The position numbers and the translations under genes were made by a program. Shown here piece after piece: positions 23,180 to 33,776 of a stretch of DNA of 64,000 nucleotides; positions within the stretch are counted from its first letter, which is position 1, and every line of letters starts with the position of its first letter. The DNA lies in assembly GCF_018977255.1 (NCBI RefSeq), contig NW_024704742.1, forward strand, positions 136,774,001 through 136,838,000. Reading direction: 5' to 3'. The DNA is from Callorhinchus milii (lineage: Eukaryota). A model generated the notes under the pieces. It ran no database searches, was not told the origin of the DNA, and saw nothing but the letters and a program-made list of their open reading frames with translations.

Positions 23180-24330
23180 TAATAAAAATCCTTGCACTTG
23201 ATATAACGCCTTATCACCTCGTTGAGACGTCTCAAAGCGCTTCACAGAACCCGGGTTCGATTCCCCAGGCGGGGCGAAAACTTGGGCGAATTTTCTTAAT
23301 CCGCCTCTGTTTACCTAGCAGTAAGTAGGAACCCGGTTGTTAGTCGATTGACGGATCACCTTTCCGGGAGTAATAACTGCTTTTAAAAGAAAATTGGTCA
23401 CTCAATCCACAACTGTTTGTGGAATACTGCTGTGCGCAATTCTCTGCTGCGTTTCACCCACAAAATATAAAGTCAATTCACTTTACAGTGTATTCTGTGA
23501 AGCGCTTTGAGAAGTCTCAAGGATGTGATAAGATGCTACATCAAATGCAAGGAATATTATTATTATTATTATTATCTCTGACACCGCAGTGCTCTCTCTC
23601 CCCCCTTCACCCCCAGCACTGCACTGGAAAAGTCGGCCCAAATTAAAAGCTCATGGGGAACTTGAACGTACAACCTTCTGACCCATAGCCCCACCCTATG
23701 AACGCCATTTGTTTGTTTAAAGAACACTCCACACTTATCCATAAATCACACAGATTCCATCTGTACAAAACTGAGACAGTAACATTCCACCCCCTCCCTC
23801 TCTCTATCTCTCTCTCTACCTTGAACCCAGCGTCTAATTGCCCACCTCCCAGATTCTTGGCAATTTCTAGTCTTAGCGTAATCCTTGCCTTTGATATAGC
23901 GCCTTATCACGCTTCGAGACATCTCAAAGCGCCTCACAGAATATGTACGGTGTATTCTCTGAAGCGTTTGAGACTCTCAAAGACGTGATAAGGCGCTATA
24001 TCAAAAGCAAGGATTATTATTGTTATAATTCGCTGTACATCTTGTGGGCGAAACACGGCAGCCAATTGCACACGGCATTGGGCACAGACAGTCATGGATC
24101 AAGCGAGCAAACGATATGATTATTTTTTGGAGGGGGAGAGATTATTACCCCCGGAAAAGCGATCCGCCAATCGACTAATAACCAGGTCCCTACTTACTGT
24201 TGGGTGAACAGGGGCGTGTGTGCGGAGTAAAAAAAACTGGCGTAATGTTTCGTTCTGCCCGGGAATCGAACCCGGGTCCTCTCGCTTGCGAGGCGAGTGC
24301 TCTAATCAACACGCTACGGCACTCCACAGT
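23180..24330. mobile_element. Cluster of family-A SINEs in both orientations (+ 23248-23575; - 23880-24330 with a + tail inserted at about 23950-24025)
   Basis: Repeated head, body and tail motifs. Confidence 0.8.
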
Positions 24331-25138
24331 ATTTCTAGGCTTCCTGATGCAGTACCTGCATTTTTTTGACTGCAGCCTTCTGAAAGGAAACATTCCCAAA
24401 AAATACCAATCAGTTTAGTAACCGGGAAGTTCTGATCCAACCCCTCCTGCGACGCTCTCTTTGTTTTTGGAACCAGGTGTGTGTGTGTGTGTGTGTGTGT
24501 TTGTGTGTGTTTGTGAGGGATAACCATTTGTCACCTGAATATTATTAGTCACAATTAATAATAGTTTAATATTTTCGGTGCAGCGGTCAGATGCGTGGGA
24601 GCGAGTCAGCGAAAGAGAGAAATACGCGTCATCCGAATATCTTAACATCAATCCTCGCGTCCGACCTCGCGCCTTGTCGCGTAATCGAGACGCCTGAAAG
24701 CGTTTGGACCGGATTTACCGTCAAGGCTGCGTATTACCGCGCGCGCGTGGGGGCGAAAGAAACATTTGTCACCCGAATATTTTTCATCGCGATCAATTGC
24801 GGTCATAAATATAGCCAACGCAAGTGGGTGGGTGAGCGAGAGAGAGAGAGAGAGGGAGAGAGAGAGTGAGAGAAATATTTTTGCTGGAATATTTTTTAAT
24901 CCCAATCAATAGGAGTCTAATATTTCCAGTGCAGTGGTTTGATGTGTGTGTGAGAGTGTGTGTGTGTATGTATGTGTGTGTGTGTGTGTGTGTGGGGTTG
25001 GTATACACTGTGTGTGTGTATGTTATGTGTGTGTGTGTGTGTATATATATATATAGGATGTGTGTATGTTAAAGATTGTTAGTAATGCGATCTCTTGTGG
25101 GGTTTAAATCACTTTAAAACCCAGAGCCCAGACAAAGT

Positions 25139-25170
25139 GTCTAGACATACATGTGATCTCTCCCACCAAT
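25139..25170 (+). promoter_or_regulatory. SMAD7: SMAD7 promoter: palindromic Smad3/4-binding element GTCTAGAC (25139-25146), 3-bp spacer, E-box CATGTG (25150-25155), CCAAT (25166-25170)
   Basis: Motifs read directly. The SBE-3bp-E-box layout matches the TGF-beta-responsive mammalian Smad7 promoter. Confidence 0.85.
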
Positions 25171-25254
25171 AACGCAGCCCTGGAGTAAAGAGTCTGTAAA
25201 TTTCAATCTGTTTCACTTTCAACTGCGAGTGGTTTGAACGTTCAGCAACACAGA

Positions 25255-25565
25255 GGCTCAGAGAGAGAGAGAGAGACTCACACACACACTCACACACACA
25301 CACAGGGAGTGTAGAGAGCTACAGAGAGAGAGAGAGAGAGACTCACACACACACACACAGGGAGTGTAGAGAGCTACAGAGAGAGAGAGAGAGACACACA
25401 CACTCACTCAGAGGGAGAGTAGAGAGCTACAGAGAGAGAGAGAGACAGAGAGGAGAGAGAGACACACACACACAGGGAGAGTAGAGAGCTACAGAGAGGG
25501 AGAGACACACACACACACACACACACACAGAGGAGAGAGGCACAGAGAGAGAGAGAGAGAGAGAC
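25255..25565. repeat. Compound minisatellite: four GTAGAGAGCTACAGAG cores separated by (GA)n(CA)n
   Basis: Cores start at 25311, 25366, 25419 and 25481. Confidence 0.85.
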
Positions 25566-26369
25566 AACTGCCACAAACCTCCTCCCCTCTCTCTCTCTCT
25601 CTCCAATCCATCCCCAACACCAGGAGAGAAAGAGAGACAAAGCAAAGCACAAGTGGAGTCCAAAGAAAAAAAGAGAGAGAGAGAGAGACAAGAGCTCGAT
25701 TTGTTGGGGGAGAAGAAGGGACAGAGAAAAAAAGAAGAATTTTTTTTTTGTGTGTGTCGTGTGTTCCTTTTCTCTCTCTCTCTGTGTGTGTTGTGTTGTG
25801 TGTTGTGTGCAGTCGTGGAAAGCCAAAGGAGAGGAGGAAAAAAAAAAGGGAAGAAGAGAGAAGAAAGAGAGAGAGAAAGAGAGAGAGAGAAAATAAAGGA
25901 ATAAAAGAAAAAAGGACCCACCACGATTTGTTTGGAGAGAGATCTTGGGAGAGAGAGAGAGAGAGGAAGAAAAAGAAGAGAAGGAGGAAGAGAGAAAGAA
26001 GAGAGAGAGAGAGAGAGAGAAAAAAAGAGAGGATCAATTGGGATTAAACCAACAGGAGAGACCAGAGAAGGAACTGAACCCACACAGACAGACCAGACAG
26101 ACCTCGTTTGCATTTTAATGGATACATAATTCTTGGGCTACATTTTATCCCTTCAAATCCTTGGAAATCAACGATTTTTGGTACAATGCACCGCCCTGTC
26201 TTGAGCAAACCTCCTTCCAGTTAGTTACTTGGTATCCCCTGATTATTATTTGTTTTTTTTTTATTTTTTATTATTTGTTATTTGTTTGTGTGTGTGGGAA
26301 CATTTTTTGTTTCTCTCTCTCTCTCTCTGTCTCTGGTCTCCCACCCACAATTTTTTTTTCTTTCTCTCT

Positions 26370-26400
<31 letters not shown>

Positions 26401-26987
26401 AGAGATTTTCTTCTCTTTCTCCCCTAAAAGAATATTTTTCTCTCCCTCTCTCTGTGTGTGTGAGAGACAGATTTTTTTTTCCTTTTCCCCCTTAAAAGAA
26501 TATTTTTTCTCTCTCTCCCTCTGTGTGTGTGTGTGTGTGTGTGATTTTCTGTCCCCCCCCCCTCCTTCCCCCCCACACCACCCCACCCCCTTAAAAAAAA
26601 TTCCCCTTTTTATTTGCATGATTTTCTTTTGCTCTTTATAAAAAAAAGGAGACATTGGTGTGAGTGCGGGAGTGAGTGTGTGTGATTCTCTCTCCCTCCT
26701 TTTCCCCTTTATTTCCCCCCTGTCCCTCTCTTCCCTCCCCCCATTTTCCCCTTTATTCCCCCCCTCCCTCCTTTTCTCTCTCTCCCCCTCTCTCTCTCTC
26801 TCTCTATATATATTAAGTATATTATTAGTCAGGGGGCTGGTGTATGCTACACCTCTGTGCTGCCTTCGCTGTGTTGTGTCCACTGAGCCCTGGCTGGCTT
26901 CATGCTTTGCGGAGATGTTCCTTCTGCCCCGTCTGGTGGGATTGTAAGGCCTGCGAGCAGCTTAGCGAAGGGCGATCGAAGCCTCGC

Positions 26988-27468
26988 ATGTTCAGGACCA
27001 AACGCTCCGCTCTGGTCCGCCGTCTCTGGAGGAGCCACACGACCCTGGGAGGCGAGGCGGCTGAGGGCCAGCCAGAGAGCACCTCCCAGCCGGAGCCAGA
27101 GAGAGATACAAACGCACACACATGTTGCTGTGGGAAAACCTCCAAAGGCGCCGACCACGAACTCAAAGCCTTGACACACTCGTTGCTCAAGAGGCTCAAA
27201 GAGAAGCAGCTGCAGATCCTGCTCCAAGCTGTGGAGAGCAAAGGAGGCGCTGGCACCGGCTGCCTGCTCCTGCCCAGGATGCTAGACCCTAAACTCAGCA
27301 AACACACCTCCTACTCCCTACCTGTTCTCCTCTGCAAGGTGTTCCGCTGGCCTGACCTCAAGAGCTCCTCCGAGCTGAAGCGACTTTACTGCTGTGAGAT
27401 GTATGGGATCAACAGCACGGACTATTACTGCTGTAACCCACACCACCTCAGCAGGCTGTGTGAGCTGG
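26988..27468 (+). CDS. SMAD7: SMAD7 coding exon 1 (N-terminal/MH1-like region; MFRTKRSALVRRLWRS...CCNPHHLSRLCEL)
   Basis: ATG at 26988. The N-terminus MFRTKRSALVRRLWRS is SMAD7-type (SMAD6 has MFRSKRSG). LLCKVFRWPDL and CCNPHHLSRLC motifs present. Phase-1 donor G|GTGAGT at 27468/27469. Confidence 0.97.
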
Positions 27469-27679
27469 GTGAGTGTCTGGGAGGGAGGGAGGGGAGGCGA
27501 GGGGAGTGGGTTTCATTCAGTTCGGTCTTTGGGAACAAAGTTGTGTTCCAAAAGTTTTTAACCTTAAGAATTTGCTGAGCGAGAGAAGTCCCAAGGTTTC
27601 CCGTCCCATCTATTTCAGTTCGCCGGCTTTCCACCGTCCTGGCAGTCGCTTGACATGTCTGTGTCCCGAACTATTAGAC

Positions 27680-27717
<38 letters not shown>

Positions 27718-27860
27718 TCTCGCATTTGATGGAGCGCCCGGTCACGCTTCACAAAAAGAGATTCGAGTAGATCGACTGTATGTTTTGTGGGTGAAACACG
27801 GCAGCCAATTGCGCACAGCAGCGTCCCACACACAGTCGTGGATTATTGAGTGATCGAATT
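27680..27860 (-). mobile_element. SINE 3' half with expanded (AAT)n tail in SMAD7 intron 1
   Basis: (AAT)n at about 27680-27716, followed by the reverse SINE tail and body. Confidence 0.8.
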
Positions 27861-29299
27861 ATTATTATCTTTAAAAAAATCAAACTATATATTGCATTTC
27901 CTAACAGGAATCCATCTGAATTTGTTCTTGAATGAATCGATGCTTTCTGCTTCCACAGTCTCCTTAGGGAGTCTGTTTTTATTCACCCCCCACCACCCCC
28001 CCCCCCCCCTCCCCACACAAAACAAATTTAAAATAAATTTTAGCTCTTGCTTTTCAAATACTTTTTCTTTTCATTCTTTTGTTACCATCAATCCTTTCCC
28101 TTACCGTGATTCCTTTTTATTCTTAGTTCTTAAAAAAAAACTCTCAGGTCATGAAAATAAGTAACTTTTTTTTCTTTATTTAACACAAAAAAATGCTTTC
28201 ATCTAGAAATTGTAGTTACTGTTTACAAACTCTGACCTTGCCTTTCAAGACGACCTCATTTATTTCGATGCGTGTAGATCGACTTTAAAATTATTGTAGG
28301 TAATTTGAGAAAAAATAATATATTGCATAGAAAAAAAATTATTATTTGGTGCATTTTTCCTCTTTGAAAAAAATTCTTAATTTAAAAAAATCTTTTAAAA
28401 AATTGTGCTTTTTGCTATTTTATTAGTTCACCTGAAACATTTTTTTTGAGATCCCAGAGTTGAAATTTTCTAGATTTGTTTTTTGGGCATATTTTGAAAA
28501 ATCTTGAATTTTATCAGGAATAGTTGAAATACTGATGTTTTTATGTATATATATATATATATATTGTGATTTCAAAGTGATTTTATAGAGTTTGATACTG
28601 ACTTGATTACAGTTTCCTCTCGCACTGTATATTTTTAGGTGGAAAAAAATACTTTATTCGAGATTTAGTTTCCATTGAAATTGAGGTTTTGTGTCTTTTT
28701 TCAAAAAACAAGGGAAAAAAATTCTTAATTCACAAAATTTATTTTTACTGGAGGGGGAAAGGGTTTTCATTCGTGTGTTTTATTTGTGTGTGTGTGTGTG
28801 GGGGTCTAAAAGTATTATTTAGGTCTAAGATGAGTGGGTGGTAGAAGGATAGAAATTGTTTTGAAATTCACCTTTTTTTTAGGTTGTTTTGAAAAAAGTT
28901 ACGAAACAACAGTTTTTATTTTAAAAATGTCTTTTTAATTGAAAAATCTGTGTGATTTCCTGGGGCTGTGAGCAAAGTTTTGTGTGTGAATGTCTTAACA
29001 CCAAAAAAAAATGTGGTTGAGAGGGCAAATGTATCAAAATAATAATATATATTATTGATTGAATAGAGGGGTTATTTTATACATGAACCAAGAAAGAGCT
29101 ATTGAAATGATTAAAAATAATCATTAACTCTTAAAGGCACACAAGTTACATTTATATGCATATATTTGTATGTAGAGTAGACATACAGCCTTTCAGCCAT
29201 AAGTGTTTTATTTTACACTCACGTACACACACACAAAACTTTACTAACAATCCCCCCAAAAATCACGCCAATAGAGAGAGTATACAGAAATGGGGGTGA

Positions 29300-29620
29300 A
29301 TTGACCTTAACCAGTTGAGCAGCCAGACATTGCATGGTCAACCATAGTCAGTTGCTGGGCTGTGTGTGAGTGTGTGTCATTTCAGTGTTAATTTCAGGGC
29401 TGTAAGTGCTTTTACTTGAGCTAAGGAGGAACTATTAAACATACAAGTTGCATATCAGTGAGCCTGGCGCCAGACAACCTCCTTTGTTTATATGACTGCC
29501 CACTATCAAGGCAATCGGCCGCCTCTGCTCTTTTTGTCCCCAGTTCCCAAGAGCTGAACACAAACAGCTTGCGAAGCATGCCAGTGTTATCATAAGTTAA
29601 TATCTGTTTTTCTCATGGCT
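29300..29620 (+). promoter_or_regulatory. SMAD7: Candidate intron-1 BMP-responsive enhancer (GGCGCC 29466-29471 overlapping CAGAC; GATA sites 29503-29508 and 29587-29592)
   Basis: Complex unique sequence inside an otherwise AT-rich intron. The Smad1/5 GC box, SBE and WGATAR cluster are similar to the known Smad7 intronic BRE. Confidence 0.65.
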
Positions 29621-29665
29621 CTGCCTTTTCATTCATTATTTCTCTCTTCTCCCTCCCTCCCACAG

Positions 29666-29719
29666 AATCCCCTCCACCGCCCTATTCCAAATTTCCAATG
29701 GAATTGCTCAAGCAACCTG
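29666..29719 (+). CDS. SMAD7: SMAD7 coding exon 2 (ESPPPPYSKFPMELLKQP; PY motif)
   Basis: Polypyrimidine tract plus cacAG acceptor, 54 nt, phase 1-1, donor G|GTAAGT. Contains the PPPY motif bound by Smurf/NEDD4-family WW domains. Confidence 0.96.
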
Positions 29720-31809
29720 GTAAGTATTATTTTTGGGGGTTTAAACCGTAATAATGATGATAATGATCCTTGCATTTGATACAGCGGGCCGTGGAGACGT
29801 CTTACTAAAGCACTTCACTGGTTATACTGTGGTTATTTGTAGGCGAACGCAGCAGCCAATGCACTGTAAGGTGTAGTGACTGTTTATTTTCTATTTATTA
29901 AATATAATAGTGTTTTTTTAAATCAAATAAAAAAATGTCTCCCATAAAAGTTGCTGGGGGGATGGGGGGGGGGGGGGGGGGTTGCTGTTGGTGGTGGAAG
30001 GAGCGCTGTTTGTTTTAATTTTGACTTCAAAAATGTGTATTTTTCAAAAATGTTTTTTTTAAAAAAGTTGAGTTCTTTATTACTTTTTCTGAGGCAAGTC
30101 AAGGAGTCAGAGAAAGTTTAACTGCAAAAGGATTTGGGGCTCATTGGGTTGAGCTGTGTTGGGGCTCGCTCCCCCCACTGGAGTTCTCTACTATAACTCC
30201 ATTCCCATGCTCGCTCCCCATCTTGTCTGTGCTGGGGCTCACTACCCCCACTGGAGCTCTCTACTCTTTCCCCACAGCCTTTATTATTTTTACTCAACTA
30301 CTTTGTCCCATTTCTCTTTCGAATGCCATTACAGAGTTGGCCATTTGTGATGAGACATTCCTCTTTTTTTAAAAAAAACACCCCTCTCTCTGTGTCTCTG
30401 TTAAAAAATAGCTTCCAACCTCACTTTCCTTCTGATCATCCTCAGTCTGGTTCGCTCCTGTTACTGACTCACTGGGTAACTAACTAACAGTGGATATAAT
30501 CTCTTGCGAAGTTGGCTGTTGAAACAGTTGATATTAGAGAGAATTGAGGGCTGCGTCACAGTTTGGGGAAGAGGCGTTTAATTTGATGTGAGGTTAATGT
30601 GGTTGGGGGTGGGGGGAGAGAGTGTCAGTGACATTTCTGTGGGTGAGTGTAGTGTGTATGAGTGCGTGTAGGCTGGCGGGTCAAGTCATCGATGGGCAAT
30701 TTTGAATTGAATATGGAAGAACTCAAGGAAATGATAGCATTGCGTCTCACTGGGAGATGTGTGTGTATGTGAGTGTGTGTGTGCGTGTGCTTGCATTTGT
30801 GTGTGGGGGCACACTTTTGAAATGTGCTTCAGTGTAAAGGACAAAAAGGCAGAACCTCTGATAATGCAACACACACACAGACACATCACACACAGACACA
30901 ACACACATACACTGAGACAAGCTGACACTAATAGAAGCCAGTCCACTTATATCTAAAAAAAATGCAGTGGCAAGTTTTTTTTTGCGGGGGGGGGGGGGGG
31001 CAGATGGGAGGGGAGGAAAAATTGGGTTTTATAGGATGTTCATAGTTTCAGAGAAATGCTGTCACTGGTGAGATAGACCCAATAGCGTGACAATGTTAGT
31101 GCTCATAATCGTTTTGTGGTGGGGGGAGAGGAAGAGACATTATGTGTGCGTGTGTATATACAGGTTGACCAAAAAGTCATGATACCATTGCATGTCTACT
31201 AAGTCTTAGAGAAATGATGATTTTGTTTAGATAAAAGGGTAGTTATCACAAGTTTTTGGTCAGCATGTATATGTGTGCGTGCATGGACATACATGTCATG
31301 TCATGTCGTGTGCATGTATGTTCAGGATGATCAAAAAGTTGTGATATCTTCCCTATTTTTTAAAAAGATCCTAATTTCTTTAAGACTTATTAGACATTCA
31401 TAGAATCATAGAATTTTTCAGCACAGAAGGAGGCCATTCGGCCCATCGTGTCTGTCCTGGCTTTTGAAAATAGCTATCCAAGTCAATCCCACTCCCCCAC
31501 TCTCTCCCCATAGCCCTGCAAACTTGTCCTCCACAAATGTTATCACAACATTTTGGTCACCCTTTATATGTATACGTGTGTGTATGTATGTGTGTGTGTG
31601 TGTGTGTGTATGTATGTGTGTGTGTGTATATGCGTATATGTCTGTGTATATGGATGCGCGTATGTGTGTGCGCAGTCTGCGTATTGCAGCTTGGCCTATC
31701 AGTGACTTATTCGACTGCTATTATAGATTTCTAAATCTATATTTTAAGCCTGACACAGAAAGCAGGAGCCTCTTAACAGTAAGTACAGACTAATATTATC
31801 CCGGTCAAT

Positions 31810-32070
31810 GTTAATCCGAGGCCCCGTCTGCCTGTTCAGGTGGACAGTAAAGATCCCACAACACTATTCGAATAGAGAAGAGAGTTTCTCTCTCCCAATG
31901 TCCCGGCCAACAATCCCCCAGATAAAATTGGTCACTCGCTCCATGGGTGTTTGTGTGGGACATTGAGCTGTGCAAATTGGCTGCCATGTTTGCCCACAAA
32001 ATACAGTCACTACACCTTTACAGTAAATCCTTTAGACGGCCACCTGACTTGAAAGGCTATATATCAAGAG
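31810..32070 (+). mobile_element. Deu-domain-type SINE, family B
   Basis: ccgaggccccgtctgcctgttcaggtggac..aaagatccca..ctattcgaa core plus the shared 3' half. Confidence 0.8.
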
Positions 32071-33354
32071 TTTTTTTTAAAAGATTCAAGTTTAAGTCAA
32101 CTATTGCCTCTTAAAGGGGGTAGTGGGATAGTCATTGTCTTTACATTCCCCTGAGAAAATTCCATCCACTTCTACCCTCCCACCAGCCCCAAGACTTCAA
32201 ATTGGTTTAAAAAATTTAAGGTGGTGTAGATTTTGGGGGAAATAAAAAAAACTCTTAATTCTCAAGACGCATTTCCGAAGTTCTTAAGATTAACCTGGTT
32301 TCTGAATTAAGACTGAAGCAAAGAATTTTACATTACTTTCTGTGCTGTTTTATTATTATACGCCAATTATACCATAAATCATACTTGTATATTATAACTA
32401 TTTTATTTTACGCCAACAAATACACAGTCACTACACTTTGCAGTAAAATCCAGTGAAGCACTTTTTGAAGTGTCTCGATGAGGGTCTATATCAAACGCAA
32501 GGATTATTATTCTTATCATTATTATTATTATGGAAGAGGTAGATTTTAAGAGGCAGGTTAAGGCCAGGTAGAATTTGGGAGCTTGCGGTGTTTATGATGA
32601 AGTTCTTAAGTCAGCCACTAGGAGGCGTTGGTGAGTTGATCCTGGGGGTAGATTACGGAGGACAGGAGGGGTGTGGGAAGTGGGAGGGGGGTGGTGGGGG
32701 GTGTCAGGAGCTGTGTGATCTTCCCTTTTAACCTACCTGTGTGCAGAACAGACCCGCGCAAAACCTTGTCCCCGCCCCAGTCAGACGGGGCTCCCTCTCC
32801 CTCTCCCTCTCTCAGGCACCTACAGCGGCTGAGGATTTTGGCAAAGGTGGTTTAGGGGCTAAGACGCCAAACGACAATTAAACCACGAGGAACGCGGTGA
32901 AAAGGGCAAAGGGGGTGAGGGAACGGGTTGAGAGTTGAGACCTGGATGAGTCGTTGAACCGAGCTCCCGTTTGGCCGTCCAGGTGTGGGGGTTAAAGATC
33001 CCCACGGCGCTATTCGGAGAGAGAAGGGGTTAATTGACTGATTGGGTTTTCAGGACTTGGCTGATGTGTTGTGGTTCAGTCTCACGCTGGGCTGTGAGTG
33101 TACTGTGCTGATATGAGGGGTGGGGCTCAGAGTCCTGGGCTGATACACGGAGACAGGAGATATGAGTAATTAACATGAACTAATCTAATGTTAGATTCAA
33201 CGAAAATTACAATCCATTAAGAGAACACGCCTCGAGAAAGCTCCCACTGTGACACATCCAGTCCTGGCTCCTCACTAATGTGTCTGCTCAATGATCAGGC
33301 ACCTGAGATTATAGATCTCCACCCCCCCCCCCCCCCACCCCACTGGAGCTCTCT

Positions 33355-33610
33355 ACCCCATTCCCTGCTTCATCCCACAGTCCCTTCACCCTCACCGCCC
33401 CACTCTTGCCTCCTTCAAGACCCTTCTCAAGATCCTCCTCTTGGACCTTGCCTTCTGTCACCCCACTACCCCTTCTCCCCCCCCACCCCACCACCCCTCC
33501 GGATACAACCCTCCCCAGTTCGGGGTAAACCCTTAACTGTCCAGCGCCTTGGGACATCCTCTCAACATGAAAAGCAATGTATAAATGTAAATTGTGGCTG
33601 TTGTTGTCTT
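33355..33610 (+). mobile_element. L2 3' fragment ending about 90 nt upstream of SMAD7 exon 3
   Basis: Tail ccagcgccttgggacatcctctcaacatgaaaag...(gtt)n. Confidence 0.75.
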
Positions 33611-33702
33611 GAATGTTATTGTGGCTCAGAAGCTGCTATGAAAGTGTCCCGTGTGTAAAGAGCATAAAAGTTTCTAACTTTGCTTTGGCTTCTCTCTGAC
33701 AG

Positions 33703-33776
33703 CGGACTCCCCCAACCCTCCCCCATCCTCCACTGAAACTGGGGGCCCTCACTACACAGCCCCGATGGCCTCTCAG
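33703..33776 (+). CDS. SMAD7: SMAD7 coding exon 3 (ADSPNPPPSSTETGGPHYTAP...), 74 nt, apparent 1-nt deletion
   Basis: Acceptor tctctctgacAG at 33701-33702 and donor CAG|GTAAGA at 33776/33777. The peptide aligns with mammalian ADCPDAVPSSAETGGTNYLAPGGLS. The length is one base short of in-frame. Confidence 0.9.

Noticed and set aside
25255..25565. CRISPR-like repeat-spacer appearance
   Set aside because: Eukaryotic context, spacers are plain microsatellites, and there are no cas genes.
25404..26883. Long ORFs of 140-228 aa upstream of SMAD7
   Set aside because: Stop-free only because of (GA)n/(CA)n low complexity (SLSL/ERER/CVCV peptides).
27469..27578. Continuation of the SMAD7 exon-1 ORF (GECLGGREG...)
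   Set aside because: Read-through into intron 1 past the GTGAGT donor.
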